Shown here one piece after another: positions 13,526-29,324 of a DNA stretch of 64,000 nt. Where the stretch lies: positions 116,994,001 through 117,058,000 of the forward strand of contig OX597816.1 in the NCBI GenBank assembly GCA_951406725.2. Direction: 5' to 3'. The stretch's first letter is position 1; each line of letters opens with the position of its first letter. This DNA is from Octopus vulgaris (lineage: Eukaryota). The position numbers were made by a program, and so were the translations under genes. The notes below the pieces were generated by a model. That model saw only the letters and a program-made list of their open reading frames with translations. It searched no databases and was not told the origin of the DNA.

Positions 13526-14160
13526 GTAAGAGGAGGGATGTGATATCCAGGCGGATAGCGAATTTCTCAAAGTAAAATGCCAAGACTGGTTCCTTCCAAT
13601 GGTGCATTTTTTTTTGGTAATTTACCTTCAGCTCTCATCTGATGTTCCAGTTAACTTCTTGAGTACTTAGAGTGTAAAGAACAATATTAGAATGGGGAGA
13701 AAGAAAAATTTGAACATTCACACTTTATCTTTATTTCCAGTTAGAATAAAAGCCTAAAACATGTTTTGCTTGCACCAATCACATATTGTTGCATATTCAC
13801 ACGCAGTGATTTATGCATTATTGGTGCAGTCTCTTCAGGGCAAATAAATTTGATATCGTTTGAAGAGGAATTTTCCTCCTCAATTAGTTTGAATTAGATT
13901 TGGTAGCAGTAGTAAACACTGAAAATTCCTCAATGAAATGTTTGTTTGGGTGAAATTCAATAGCATCAGTAGCAGTTATTGTTGAGGTCAGCAAGTGTTC
14001 CTGATTAGGCTGGGAGTGATTAATTATCAAATACTTATTTTTTGAATGACTCAACATACTTTATAGTCAGAAGGCATATTGATGGAATTCAGAGTTGGTT
14101 GTATTATTTGAATTTTGTAAAGGTTATTAATAGTAGTAGTGGATAATTGTTAATCAGTTA
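13526..14160 (-). mobile_element. Probable Penelope-like element 3' fragment of a different subfamily
   Basis: Minus strand KIQIIQPTLNS (PLE endonuclease I..QP.LN terminus), then an HHR motif, ending at (TA)n at 13525. Confidence 0.55.
13752..13841 (-). ncRNA. Degenerate type-I hammerhead ribozyme with long stem II
   Basis: gcc-CUGAAGA-gac-UGCACCAAU..AUUGGUGCA-agc-aAAACAUGUUUUA-ggc; perfect 9-bp helix, palindromic stem III, G12>A at a former CpG. Confidence 0.62.
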
Positions 14161-14825
14161 AAAATAAGAAATAGTTGTATCTTCAATTCTTCTAACTTAT
14201 TACTTAAAACATAAGTAAAAAGTAATAAGTTACATATGTATGTAGTGTCCAAGAGTATTACACATGCTCAGTATTTCACTGTTGTAAAAAATTTAGAATC
14301 CCCTGAGTGAAAAATTGAGAAGAGGGGACTTCAGCAGTTATATGTTGGCTGTATGTGTAAATGTTTTTTGGGTTGCAGTGTTTGATCTGAAAAGCAATGT
14401 TGTTAAAGTATGAAATTACATCTTGATGACTACAATACCAGACAAGGTTGGTTTCCCTTATGCCATAGCAATCCAACTATAAACCTTTCTGCGTCCCCAC
14501 ATATTTGAACACGTGCCTTGCTTTGACTAGTCAGTGTTGGTCTTGCAGATGTTTTACAGATGCAGCATCAACTATGCAGCAATTACTGCCTGTTCAATTG
14601 TACATGAACCTTATGTGCATGAAACCCCAAGTAGCAAAAGGTGTGAATCACCAACGGATTACACATAAATGTAAAGTCTGCACCATGTACCAAGTGCTCT
14701 TTTTCTATGGTTTATAAACAGAACCATAAATATAAAGACAAATGCACACACACATGCGCACGTGCACACACACACATACATACACACATACACACACACA
14801 CATATACACACACATACACATGCAT

Positions 14826-14916
<91 letters not shown>

Positions 14917-15195
14917 CACACATACATATGTTTATTCATATGTAAGATAAACAGGATTATATGTTTCCACACAAGAGTTTCATTCAATGTCTTTTGGTTG
15001 GCTGTACATATTAGGGATTTTCAAGGCTGATTGAATGAAACTACAGTGCAAAAAGGTAATCCTGTTTACTATAAATGTCAGGCTTAACATATTTCAACAC
15101 TAGACTGTATTGACCACATTTATACCGCGTACCAAGAGTTAAACACCAAATATATGTATACTTATATGTATGTGTGTGTATGTATGTACACACAC

Positions 15196-15260
<65 letters not shown>

Positions 15261-15658
15261 TGTATATATATAGTAGAAACAATTGCTTCAGAAGATAGAG
15301 TATACTAGAAACTTTATTTATCACAATGATCATTTCCTGCTCTACTCCCTCATGGGTGGGAAACTATACAATGAATTATACTAAACGTGCACTGAGGAAT
15401 TTCTAACATAGACTCAGTGACAATTGTGCAAACTTTAATTTTCAACTTATATATATATATATATATGCATGCAAGCATACATATGTATTTGTATATGACA
15501 CCATTTATCTTAGTTGAAGGTACAGTGCTGAAAGTAATAGACAGATTTGTCAACCTAGACAACACATGCAGCCGTCCTTGCTTCTTGAATGATGAAATAT
15601 CTTAAAGGCTTCAGAAGGCAACTGATTCCTTCCAAGCTCTTGAATTTCTTGCCTGGTC

Positions 15659-15738
<80 letters not shown>

Positions 15739-17091
15739 ATGTATGTATGTATGTGCATAGATGTGATGCCATGTTTAAACCAGTTATATGTACACACATA
15801 TGTACATACATAGGTACATGCATATTTAATGGGATGGTTGGTTGAAGAAGTAAGCTGGGTTGAGGTCCAATATATGTGTGTGTGTAGATAAAGAAAAAAT
15901 GAGAAAACCAGGTAGGATTAAATTCAAGCTATTAAAGAGCATTAACATGGCAAAATTGTTGAAATACATCTTGAATGATACTGTCAGAAAATATACATAT
16001 TGCTTTCTTATGCAGTTGGTACTTGGATAGAACAGGAAAACAAATACATGAAATGGCTTCAGCTGGAAGAAAGGAAAGGACATAACACATCAAGGCTACC
16101 TAAGGCTATCTGCAAAATAAACTTCCTTTCTGCTAAGATCTGAATTCGACCATGCATCCCACCACATAGAATAGCAGGAAAGGTTCCTCTCTTTAAAGCT
16201 GATAGTAGGCTCCAGTGAATAGACAAAAATTTGCCCATGCTCGGCTGGTCTGTAATGTGAGGGGTTGAAACCCCGCATAAGGCCAGATGACTTGATCGAT
16301 GTATAACCCATCATGTGACCACATGTATGAGCTGTATTTGGGCATTTAAAGGTAGACAGGCAAATTGGGAACATATACTTGTTACACATACGTATATGTA
16401 TCCAGTGCTAAAGCAGATATTGCAACTTAATGCAATCCTTTGGATTGTCGGATCCTGGTGAATCATCAAACACATGTCAGTATGGAACACACACATTAAA
16501 TGATAATGATGACGTCAACGATGAGGATGATATAAAGTACATGACTTATGATGTATACATCTGCAGAGATTGATGAGTCTATGACACAGCTGAACTGATG
16601 ACATCGTACCCAACGTTGCCAAGTTTTTTGCCAGTTTAACCTTAATGTAAATCATAGGAAAGTAACAGCTTGGGAAAAACAATGATACAAAGAAAATAAC
16701 CACTGCTATTTCATAGACATACTGATAACTCTCTGCCTCATGTCAGCTTCACCATGATGTGTCCTTTGTACAATGTATCTTTCATTTTTCTGACACCTGT
16801 ATAGTGTTCTTCTACAATCTTTGTACTCCAGTTGTGAAACATCTTCCTGATGGTTTCTTGCAATCAGATGTTCTCTCTAACAATATTATATTTAATAATT
16901 ACACATCTGTGATAATTTGGCAGCAAGTATGGATTGTGTATTTTGTAATTTTCGCATTATGTAACAAATAGTTATCTCATGCCTGTTCAACATACAAAAG
17001 TAGTGAAATTAAGCATCTTATGAAACTACCTCTCATACTTTTTCCATATACATGTAAATAGATATATATGTACACATACATACATACATGC

Positions 17092-17157
<66 letters not shown>

Positions 17158-17423
17158 GTAATAATAATAAGGATGCTTGAGAGAATCAGGTACTTGAGTG
17201 ATATGCACCAGGTAGGGTTGAGTTAACCTGTGATCACCACCTTTAGTTGAATAAATGTCCCGTAAAATATTCAGGTTGTGCACACAGAGGAAAAAGACCA
17301 CTCCTTCGAGTATTTATCACCTAGGGGCTTGTCCAAAGCACATGTTCTGTTGATCACACACTGCTTGTTATACTCTAGGACGTCCAAACATCATGAATTC
17401 CTCTGGTGTATTATAATCAAATG

Positions 17424-17484
17424 AATAATAACAGACGATGGATAAATGTCTGGAACTGACATTTACCTATCGTCTGTTATTATT
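17424..17484. repeat. 61-nt near-perfect inverted repeat (27-bp arms, 7-nt loop)
   Basis: aataataacagacgatggataaatgtc-tggaact-gacatttacctatcgtctgttattatt. Confidence 0.9.
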
Positions 17485-17524
17485 ATTGTGTGTGAGTGTA
17501 TGAGAGGGTGTGTGTATTCTTTTG

Positions 17525-17808
17525 TTCTTTTATTCTTCTATTTGTTCCAGTTATTTGACTGCGGCCATGCTGGAGCACCACCTTAAAGGCTTTTAGTTGA
17601 AGAAGTTGACACCAGGACTTATTCTTTGTAAGCCTAGTATTTATTCTATTGGTCTCTTTTGTTGAACTGCTAAGTTATGGGAAATCTATTCACAAGGCTT
17701 TGGTCAGCCCGAGGCTATAGTAGAATGCACTTACCCAAGGTGCTACACAGTGGGACTGAACCTGGAACCATGTGGTTGGGAAGTAGGTTTCATACCACAC
17801 AGCCACGA
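17525..17808 (-). mobile_element. SINE family A, internally deleted
   Basis: Reverse complement of head and tail of family A joined without the central microsatellite. Confidence 0.8.
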
Positions 17809-17819
17809 TTATGTATGTG

Positions 17820-17919
<100 letters not shown>

Positions 17920-17962
17920 TGTAGATAAGTGTATATACATATATATGTATGTGTGTGTTTCC

Positions 17963-18078
<116 letters not shown>

Positions 18079-19149
18079 TAGGCTTCTTTTCTGTTTCTGT
18101 ATTAGTCCACAAAGCTTTGGCTGGTCTCGAGGCTATAGCAGAATATGCCCTTGGTGAAAATGTCTTTGGTCATGGGGAAATACTACCATGCTTAGAAGAA
18201 AACAGGTAAGGGTTGGAAACAGGAAGGGTATTCAGACATAGATAACCTATACCAACAAATGCCATCTGACCTATGCAAGCATGGGAAAGGGAATGGCAAA
18301 ATGATGATGAAAATGATAATGATGATATATATATATTAGCTTTGCTTTTACTTTACATTATATCATTACATACACATAGGTTATAAAAAGTCTTAGTTTT
18401 TACACACTGATGAAGAGTATACATATAGATCTACATGCACAAACAAAAAACACACACATACCCTCAAATATACACACGCATGTGTTAGAATGTACAAACA
18501 TCCTTAACAGTGTGTCATGCACTCATATTTTATTCAATTTTTTTTAATATTCAAAAACTATAGAAGAACAATAGGATTTGAAAGTTATTGAGGGCTTTAA
18601 AGATAAATACTAAAAATGTCTCTACATACCTGTAGGTAAAAAAGGGTTATAAACTTCTCTGTAATAGAAAAAAAAAATTCAAAAAAGTAGCAAATGATAG
18701 AAAACAGAATAAATGTAATAAAATAGAATAATATACTATAGTTTTAGATCTTACATTATTTTTATTAAAATACATTTTAAATAATATGACTGTGAATGAA
18801 ATGAGAATATGGCAGTGAACATGTGTGTAAGTTTGTGTTTTTATGGAGTAATTTTAGAAATAGAATAGTAACTGTTATTAGATTAAGAACAGATCAGTAA
18901 AAAATTGAATTATATATAAAAAAATTTTCTAAAATAAATTCTATAATATATTACTATAATGTTTCTCTCTAACTCACCTCCATGCTCTCTGTCTATCTCA
19001 AACATATGCATAGTAACACATGCATGCATACACATATACATGTAAATATATATAAATATGTATATATATATTTTTGTATATATATATGTGTATTTATATG
19101 TGTGTGTCTGTATCTATATGTATGTACATATGTATATGTATATATATAC

Positions 19150-19237
<88 letters not shown>

Positions 19238-19856
19238 ATGTATGTATGTATGTATATATATATATATATGTCTGTGGTTGTGTGGGGGTGTGGGGGTGTA
19301 TGTTTGTATGTATATATATATAAAAGTATATATATACTTATATATACCTAAGCGTGTGTATATATATATATATATATATACACTTAGGTATATATAAGTA
19401 TATATATTCATATGGATATATATCTAACTATGTACACACACACACACATATCTATATATATAAATATGTTTGTATGTATAAATGTATATATATATGTAGG
19501 TATGTGTGTGCATACACACACATATATAACTTAATGAGACCTGCAAATGATCATTATTGAAATAACTTAAAGTTTCAATTTTCAAATGTTCAAATAGTAA
19601 TGATAAAGAGATGTGCATAAAACTTTTTAGCATTTACACTTATAAGCACTCATGTGTTCATACATAACGTCATCAAGGAATTTAATGGGGGAACTGAACA
19701 ATAAAAAATGCAAAAATTTTTTCATCACTCATAAAAATTCACTGATGTAACAAGAAAACATAACTGAAAGGTATTTTTCTTAAAAGACTTGAGGAAAGAA
19801 CAATTATTTCAGAACATCATATATTATATACATTTATGTATTTATGTATGCAGTTA

Positions 19857-19995
<139 letters not shown>

Positions 19996-20345
19996 CTCTC
20001 CATCTCTATTTCTATTTATCTGTCTGTTTGTCTGTTTACACCTGTGTCTATCTGTCTACCAGTCTCTGTCTGTCTGTCTATCTATCTATCTATTTTCTGT
20101 TTGTCCGTCTGTCAATCTATTTACATACATAAATGCAAGTGTACATGTGTGTGTGTGTGCATGTATATTATATATATGTGTGTGTGTGTGTGTGCACGTA
20201 TATTATATATATATGTGTGTATGAGATGTAAGTTCATATTTCACAGGCAACCTTTGACCTTTTCTATCCAAAAGAGTTTTTCAACCCAATATCATTTATA
20301 GCTTTATGTGTGTGCTTCAAGATATTCCAAAACATTATTCCACCG

Positions 20346-21165
<820 letters not shown>

Positions 21166-21184
21166 GGCTAATGTCTCAGAACGA

Positions 21185-21292
21185 GTCTTACCACAACACT
21201 GATGTTATTCAAGGAAAAGGCAAAAGCCAATACATCTTGGCAGCAGTGACATCGCAACTCATTTCTGGAGCTGAGAGAACTGGAGCAGCGTG

Positions 21293-21295
<3 letters not shown>
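21185..21295 (-). mobile_element. SINE family D fragment
   Basis: Matches the 61245-61345 segment (gtgacgtcgcaactcatttct..gaactggagcaacgtgaaat). Confidence 0.7.
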
Positions 21296-21343
<48 letters not shown>

Positions 21344-21516
21344 CATATATATACATATATATTATTCTTAAACACTTTTGTATCTTCTCCTTCACTCATC
21401 ACCCTTGTGACAGCATGAACCATTAGAGCATTCATGTAGTATTTCATGCAGCTCTTTACATTCTGAATGAGATCAGTTCTGCCTTCCATAATTAAGCAAA
21501 ATGAGACCATAAAGCC

Positions 21517-21997
21517 AAATGAGACCATAACCTCATGGCCTATGCCAGGGGTGTAACCAGCCCACTTATGCATACCTTTCCTTCATCGGACACTAAGCTC
21601 TGCTTGCAAAGACCTGTTGAAGCAAATGAAATCGAAATCAAATTCAATGACTGGCATCCGTGCTAGTGGGGCACTAAGAGCACCATCCAAGCATGATCGT
21701 TACCAGAGCAGCTAACTGGCTTCTGTGCTGGTGGCACGTAAAAGGCACCTTTTGAGCTTGATCATTACCAGCGTCGCCTTACTGGCACGTGAAAAACATT
21801 CAAGCGAGGTCGTTGCCAGTACTGCCTGACTGGCCCCTGTACCAGTGGCACGTAAAAGCACCCACTACTCTCTCAGAGTGATTAGCATTAAGAAAGGCAT
21901 CCAGCTGTAGAAACTCTGCCAGATCAAGATTGAAGCCTGGTGCAGCCATCTGGTTCGCCAGTCCTCAGTCAAATCATCCAAAGCGGACGTTAAACGA
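21517..21997 (+). mobile_element. Family C retroposon sharing its 3' end with RTE LINEs
   Basis: Internal repeats tggcacgtaaaagcacc; ggcatccagctgtagaaactctgccagatc; gcggacgttaaacg terminus; matches 48236-48660. Confidence 0.85.
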
Positions 21998-22064
21998 GTA
22001 CAGAGGTTAATAAAATCAACTTCAAATTTATGGCCTACCACCAATGTAAAAACTTATGAAGCAG

Positions 22065-22465
22065 ATTTGGCAGAATAGGTAGGGCATTGAACAAAATATT
22101 TTCTTGTATTTAGTTAAAGCCTTTACATTTCGGAGATCATATCCAACCAAAGTCAACTTTGTCTTTTATTCCTCCATAGTTAATAAAGTAAAGTACTAGT
22201 TAGTATTAGGGTCAATGGCATTGACAAATCCCAAGTTGATTAATGCCATCAAGCTAAACAAGAAACAACTGGTGAACTGTCAGAATCATGAGAGCTTCAG
22301 GAAAATGTTTGGTGGTATTCCTTTTGGTGTTTGCATTCTGAGTTCAATTTCTGCCAAGGTCAACTTTGTCTTTCATCTCTCCATGAAAGTACTGGGGTCA
22401 ATGTAAGGAACTAACCCTTACCTCCTCTTAACAAACTGGTGGCTTTGTGCCAAAATTTGAAACCA
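22065..22465 (+). mobile_element. Two degenerate family-B-related SINE copies
   Basis: ttctgagttcaatttctgccaaggtcaactttgtctttcatc and ggtggctttgtgccaaaatttgaaacc. Confidence 0.6.
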
Positions 22466-22584
22466 TTATTTTGTTATTAACATTGTTGTTTTTATTACTG
22501 ATGTTACTATATCAGTTTTATCATTATCACCCTTATTATCAACATCATTGTGATGATCATTATCATTGTCATCAATATTATTAC

Positions 22585-22722
22585 TAATTATTATCATTAT
22601 TATTATTATTATTATTATTATCATTATTATTATTATTATTATTACTACTACTATTGTTGTTGTTGTTGTTGTTATTATTATTATTATTATTATTATCATT
22701 ATTATTATTATTATTATTATTA
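22585..22722. repeat. (ATT)n/(GTT)n compound microsatellite
   Basis: Direct reading. Confidence 0.95.
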
Positions 22723-23255
22723 CTTCCTCTATACTTTCATGACTAAATCTCCTGAGAAACTCCTCTTCTCTGTCTGTCAAAGTAGTTGACACTGATCTGT
22801 TCTATGGGTTAGATTTACAAATCCCTATAGAATGCAGCTTGTCACTTTCTTTCAGCTTGTACACATCATAGTTTTCACACACAGCATCTGAGTTTTTCCA
22901 TTACTTCAGTTGATCATGTTGTTGTTATTGTTGTTGAGAAGGAGAAGAAGGAGGAGGAGGAAAATGAGTAGGAGGCTGATTGACAATTTTTTTTAATGTT
23001 TTTACTTTTTTTTATCATGTTTGCAAATATTCAAAGTTTGTTTTTTTGTTTTGTTTTTCTTTTAAGTATATTTGAATTTACCTATACATGTATACATTAA
23101 ATTTACATGGATGTACACATTAAATATATGTGTGTATATATTCATGTGTGTGCATGAGTAAATATGTGTATATGTATGTTTACATAGATATATTTATATG
23201 TAAATATAGCTTTATGTGTGTATAGATAGAAAGATTGATAGATAGATAGATAAAG

Positions 23256-23303
<48 letters not shown>

Positions 23304-23652
23304 CACACACACATACACACACACACAGATATATATGCACATATAGTAGGTATGCCTCTACATACACATGCAACACAGCTACATATAGCATGAATTATGT
23401 GTGTATGTATGTATGTATATATGTATGTATATACATATATTTATATATATATATATATGTATACACACACACACACACACACAAATAAATACATATATTA
23501 AACATGTACCAACATATGTACAATTTGTAATTAAGCAAATTGTATATATGTGACAGACACATTTAAATGTATGCCTGATATATATATATAAAAGTATGAA
23601 TGTATATATCTGCACACATAAGTATAATTTATGTGACAATTGTCAGTTTGGG

Positions 23653-23699
<47 letters not shown>

Positions 23700-24216
23700 A
23701 GACAACATTCCTGAAACACTGATGCATCACGAAGACAAGATGGATAATGGATGGAGGAACTGTAGATCTACATTAACTATGATATCTGTCCCTCACTCAC
23801 AGCCCCTAGTTTACATGGTTGTACAATTTCCAAGAAGTACCAGCTACATTTCCCTCAAATTCACTTTACTGGTTTTTAATAAGGAAAGGAAACATTACAT
23901 AAAGTAATCTTACATCTAAAAAGATGAGATGATTATGAGTGGAAAGTACTTAATTAGAGATTTGTCCAGTCAAAACTGATGACAATAACAACAACAGGAT
24001 CAACAAGTAGAGCAGCCATCATTTGTGACTAACGAGACCTTATGTTACATGTAGATGCAATATAGAATCTGGCTAATCACAAATAAAAAGATAAAAAGGT
24101 AGCAGAAGTGTTATACAAAGAGCTTGTCCAGAAGATCTGCAACAATTGTCATATCAAAGCAGACAGAGGGAGAGAGAGATAAGAGTATGTGCAAGAGTGA
24201 GAGAGGAAGTTCATAA

Positions 24217-24251
<35 letters not shown>

Positions 24252-24263
24252 TGTGTGTGTGTT

Positions 24264-24311
<48 letters not shown>

Positions 24312-24594
24312 TGTGTAAGACAAAGAAGAGTTTTAAGCAGGTCCAACAGAAGATACAAGCAAAACTGAGCAGCCACTGCTCCTGTATACAGAGCTACTCC
24401 TATATACAGCTATACACAAACTTACTTCCATATATCTCTCTGCCTCCCAGACTCATATTTTTCTCCTGATGACCCCCATAAGCTTGCTAGTATCTGATAT
24501 GCAGAGCTTTCAACTGGCAGCACTTACATCTGCAATTTGTTTGCAAAATCTAACACAAGAAACAAAGGGACTCAAGGGCAAAGAGTTTCATACC

Positions 24595-24896
<302 letters not shown>

Positions 24897-25941
24897 AACA
24901 ATTATGCAGATAAACAAATTAAATATAACAGCTTGGTTTTTTGATACACAATATATATACTCTCCTATGTTCCTAAGTCAAGACTTTCACTCTGCACATG
25001 CCAGTTCATCTTGATTTGTCTTTATTGGTTGAAAGACACTTGTTATTTTCTTATTGTTTGTATTTGTAATTATGTAACATGTTCTTCATTTTTTTTTTTG
25101 TCTTTGTTGTCGTACACATTCACTTGCTTTCTACCAGAAAATTTAATGCTCTTAACTTGGATTTTTGGGGGCCAGCCAGATTTGAACAGTCTCAAGTGTA
25201 ACCAGCCAAAACTGTAAGAATGATCTGGAAACTTGACTGATGAGAGAAGGCCGTGAATGACCTGTCCTTGTTTTTTCCTGTCTGTTTTTTTTTTTTTGTT
25301 TTTCCTGTCTGTCTTTGTATCATCTATCTGTCTGGATGTTTTATTGTTGTCTGTTGCATTTTTGTTCCATTTTTTTGGATTTATATATATACATATACAT
25401 GCAAACAGAAAAAAGCAAAGACTGAAGATTTTCAGATGATAAATATTTATTAAGTATAAATACATATATATTTATGTATCAATAGATCAAACTTACACAG
25501 AGTACATACCACATTTAAATATTCCACCTTTAAACTTTTCTATATCATAACCTGAAATGCAAGATTTTTTTCTACCTTGATAATGGAGGCTCAATTTATC
25601 CAATGTTGATTGCTTCCATTATGGCCTGTATATTGTGGTGAACTATATCTACCAACATTATGATGGATCTCTCAGCACCCAGAAACAGTTGTTGGACTTA
25701 TAACACCTTACTTCTTCCCCTTTCATTTTCTGTCATCTGTGTGTATGTCTGTGGCATGTGCATATGTATGTGTATGTATATAATGAGCTTTTTATAGTTT
25801 TTTTATTAGTAAATTCACAAGGTCTACCACTATTGAAGAAAACACTTGATCAAGATACTGCATAATAGGACCGAACCCAAAACCACATGACTTTTTGATA
25901 AAACTGCCATGCCTATGCCTCTTTGTATATGTACATATTAG

Positions 25942-26123
<182 letters not shown>

Positions 26124-26831
26124 CCAATAAATCCTGATATTATCTGTTCAAAATAATAGGGTAAAGCCTATGAGTAAAGAACTCAAATTATTAAAACTGT
26201 CAACATGTCATTACAAAACACTGTCACACACATACGTGTGTATGTGTGTGAATGCATATGTCTACATACATGTATGTATTGAGGGGTGCTTACATTTACA
26301 TGTGGTAGGAATGGTTGTTGTCAAGCTGTTGGTAGAGGATTAAATGTTGTAAACTATTTTTCTTTTACAATATTTGTTTGAGTAGTAATAATTGAAGGAA
26401 AACAGCAGTGTGCCAATATTTAATTATCTATGACTAATTAATTAATTAATTAATTAAACCTATAATTATAATTGTTAAATCATATTTGTAATTTATAACT
26501 ATCTCATATGATTAATGAAACCAGGGAAGTTAGTTGAGTGGGATGCAACTATTTCTGTTGACATCAAGAGATAGAAATCTTTACTCAGTGCCATGGGGCA
26601 AGAGATAAGCTAAACAAATCAAGTCCTTTGACTAAATATTGATTCCCAGTTTAAACTGGTCTACTTCAGTCATGTTGTAAATAAGCCATAATTAGAAGGC
26701 ATGACTATTGTAACTTCAGTTTAACACCTCCAACAAAACATGATATTCATACCAAGTCAAACAGGTGGGAATGGAATTATAACAGAAAAGGAAACCAATC
26801 CCATATAGGATGTTTCCTTCTGTGTTGTTTC

Positions 26832-27327
26832 ATTATCATCATCATCATCATTGTCGTTTAACGTCCGCTTTCCATGCTAGCATGGGTTGGATGATTTGAC
26901 TGAGGTCTGGCGAACCAGATGGCTGAACCAGACTCCAGTCTGATCTGGCAGAGTTTCTACAGCTGGATGCCCTTCCTAACGACAACCACTCCGAGAGTGT
27001 AGTGGGTGCTTTTACGTGCCACCAGTATGAGGGCCAGTCAGGCAGTACTGGCAACGGCCATGCTCAAATGGTACTTTTTATGTGCCACCTGCACAGGAGC
27101 CAGTCCAGCGGCACTGGCAATGACCTCGCTCGAATGTTTTTTTCATGTGCCACCAGCACAAGTGCTAGTAAGGTGACACAGGTAACGATCACGCTCGAAT
27201 GGTGTTTTTACCGTGCCATCAGCACAGAGGCCAGCTTGTTGCCCTGGCCCCGATCTCACTCGTATGGTTCTCTTAGCACTCCACTAGCAAGAATGCCAGT
27301 CATCGAATTTGATTTCGATTTCGATTT
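26832..27327 (-). mobile_element. Family C retroposon
   Basis: Reverse complement of 48236-48660 with (CAT)n tail. Confidence 0.88.
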
Positions 27328-27554
27328 CCTTAATGCTAAAAACCTGAAGATAAAGAAAAATATAAAGAGTAAAAGAAAGACAGGAAGGGAGAAAGAAAAT
27401 GTAGTGAAGAAGAAAAGCAATGAAGGAGGGAGAATAAGATGATGAAATTAAAAGAAGGAAATAAGAGATGCTACTAAGAAGTAAAAACCATTTCGTGCAA
27501 CATTCTACGATTACAAGTAGTAATAATAAAATTATAGAAATAATATTTTATTTA

Positions 27555-27747
27555 CACTTTTGTTACCAAATTTCTGCAGGAATATACTTCCACTGATTCA
27601 CTTAATTTTGAAAATAATGAGGAATTTAGTAAAATAACTTTGTCATTATTAAATTGGTGTTCAGAGGATAACACGAACTTTTGATAGGAGATTTTTAAGT
27701 TATATCACTTTAAAACAGGGGTCTCAGGTGGGTTAGTAATAAAAGTG
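27555..27747. mobile_element. Degenerate MITE, probably piggyBac-type
   Basis: TIR cacttttgttaccaa versus reverse complement of ttagtaataaaagtg (13/15 match); TSD decayed. Confidence 0.6.
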
Positions 27748-28758
27748 GTAGGAGTATTTATGCCCATATCAACCCCAACCCCCGTACCCCACTGACAGTT
27801 AGGCACATGTTCAAAGTTAAACATTCACATTTCAAATTATGCAAGAAGTGATAGTCAAAATTTTAATAACTTTAATAGCCTGGCCAGTAAGACAGAAATT
27901 ATGGGAAAACAAAGGACAATGCTGAGGTATGTTATAAGGGGCAGTGTCTTTTTTGCCTGAGAAATACATCCAGGAATGGTCAATGAGAAAAGTAAGATAC
28001 TTCTGTCTTAGCCAAATATAAAAGAGGGAGAGACTTTAATATGAGCTTAAAATTTTAAATCAATGTATGGAATGAAGTTGTTTCCATCGACTGAAGTAGA
28101 TGAATATGACTTTGAACCCTGGAATGAGCAGTTAGTATTTCACACATCTGGCCACAGGCTGGTACCACAACATATGAGCAGCAGAACACATGGACCACAG
28201 CCAAAAGTATTGGTGGTGATGCTAACCCTTGGTTTGTCATCACATTTGTGACACTGTATTAGTAAGTGGAGAGCACAAGTGAAGAGTACAGAGTGGAGTC
28301 AACATAAACATACAAGTCCTGATGACCCTAAAGACCACAAAGCTATACCAGAGCTGTACTCCACTATGGATGAAGAAAAAGGGTCTTTACACTAGTGGTG
28401 CAGAACAGAAAATTTAATTGCTCTACATAATACTGTGAAAGCCACATGGGCGCTTTCTGCCAAGAGATGGAAAAGAAGAGGAAGAACGAAAGTGGGCTCT
28501 AGAAATTGCTTCCACTTGTCACAGCTTCAAGGATAGTCACCTCATCTTTAGGGTCAGGAGCTGATGGCACTATGATGGAGTGGTGCTTCTCAGAAAGTCC
28601 TACTCCTAGTAGTACTACTACACCATCATCTGGCCATAAGGAGCAAATGGAGCCGGGAGAGTAATGGGAAACTCATTAGAAGTCAAAAAGAAGGAGGAAT
28701 CACAAAAGAAAAAAAGTAAGCACAAATCAAAGACACATGAACCAATGAAGATAAGCAT

Positions 28759-28819
<61 letters not shown>

Positions 28820-29213
28820 GTACTCATACACATACACACAGACAGAAATGACTTGAGATTCATAGTTCTTTGAATCACAAAAGAACTAATAGATATGTTG
28901 AAGGATGTACATGAGGAAGAGAAGAATGTGTTTACTAGAGAGAAAAGGAAGATAACGTGGGATATTCAATTGATAAACGGCTTGTGAAAAACCACACCAG
29001 CATACATGAACAGTAATCTTGTAAACACACAGAAGACATAGGTGCTTTCTTTTCACCCAGTTTATCACTGGAGGTACTCGTGGGCACCTTCAGGACCAGA
29101 AGTGGAAAATATTCAGAGTTGTAATGAGGTTTCCTGATTCTGTTTAGGTGGCAAAGCAAGGGAGAAGATCCAAATACAATATAATCATGAAGATGGTACT
29201 GCAAGCATTTTAG

Positions 29214-29324
29214 TGGTGGTGGCGGCGGTGATGGCGGCGGTGGGGACGGCGGCGGGGGCGGCGGCGGCAGCGGCGGTGGCGGTGGTCGCGGTAGTGGCGG
29301 CGGCAGCAATGGTGGTGGTGGTGG
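29214..29324. repeat. GC-rich (GGC/GGT)n trinucleotide repeat
   Basis: Direct reading; source of the poly-Pro ORF on the minus strand. Confidence 0.92.

Noticed and set aside
15880-17000. Complex non-microsatellite region with several short ORFs
   Set aside because: No recognisable protein motif, terminal repeats or consistent splice signals.
22790-22870. In-frame TAG on the minus strand as an A-to-I recoded stop
   Set aside because: No evidence the frame is coding; a splice acceptor or chance explains it equally well.
28040-28740. Moderately GC-rich segment resembling decayed coding sequence
   Set aside because: Stops in the frames read and no motif I could assign to a gene or transposon family.
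28935-29309. Poly-proline ORF on the minus strand
   Set aside because: Produced by the (GGC)n tract; the remainder has no recognisable domain.
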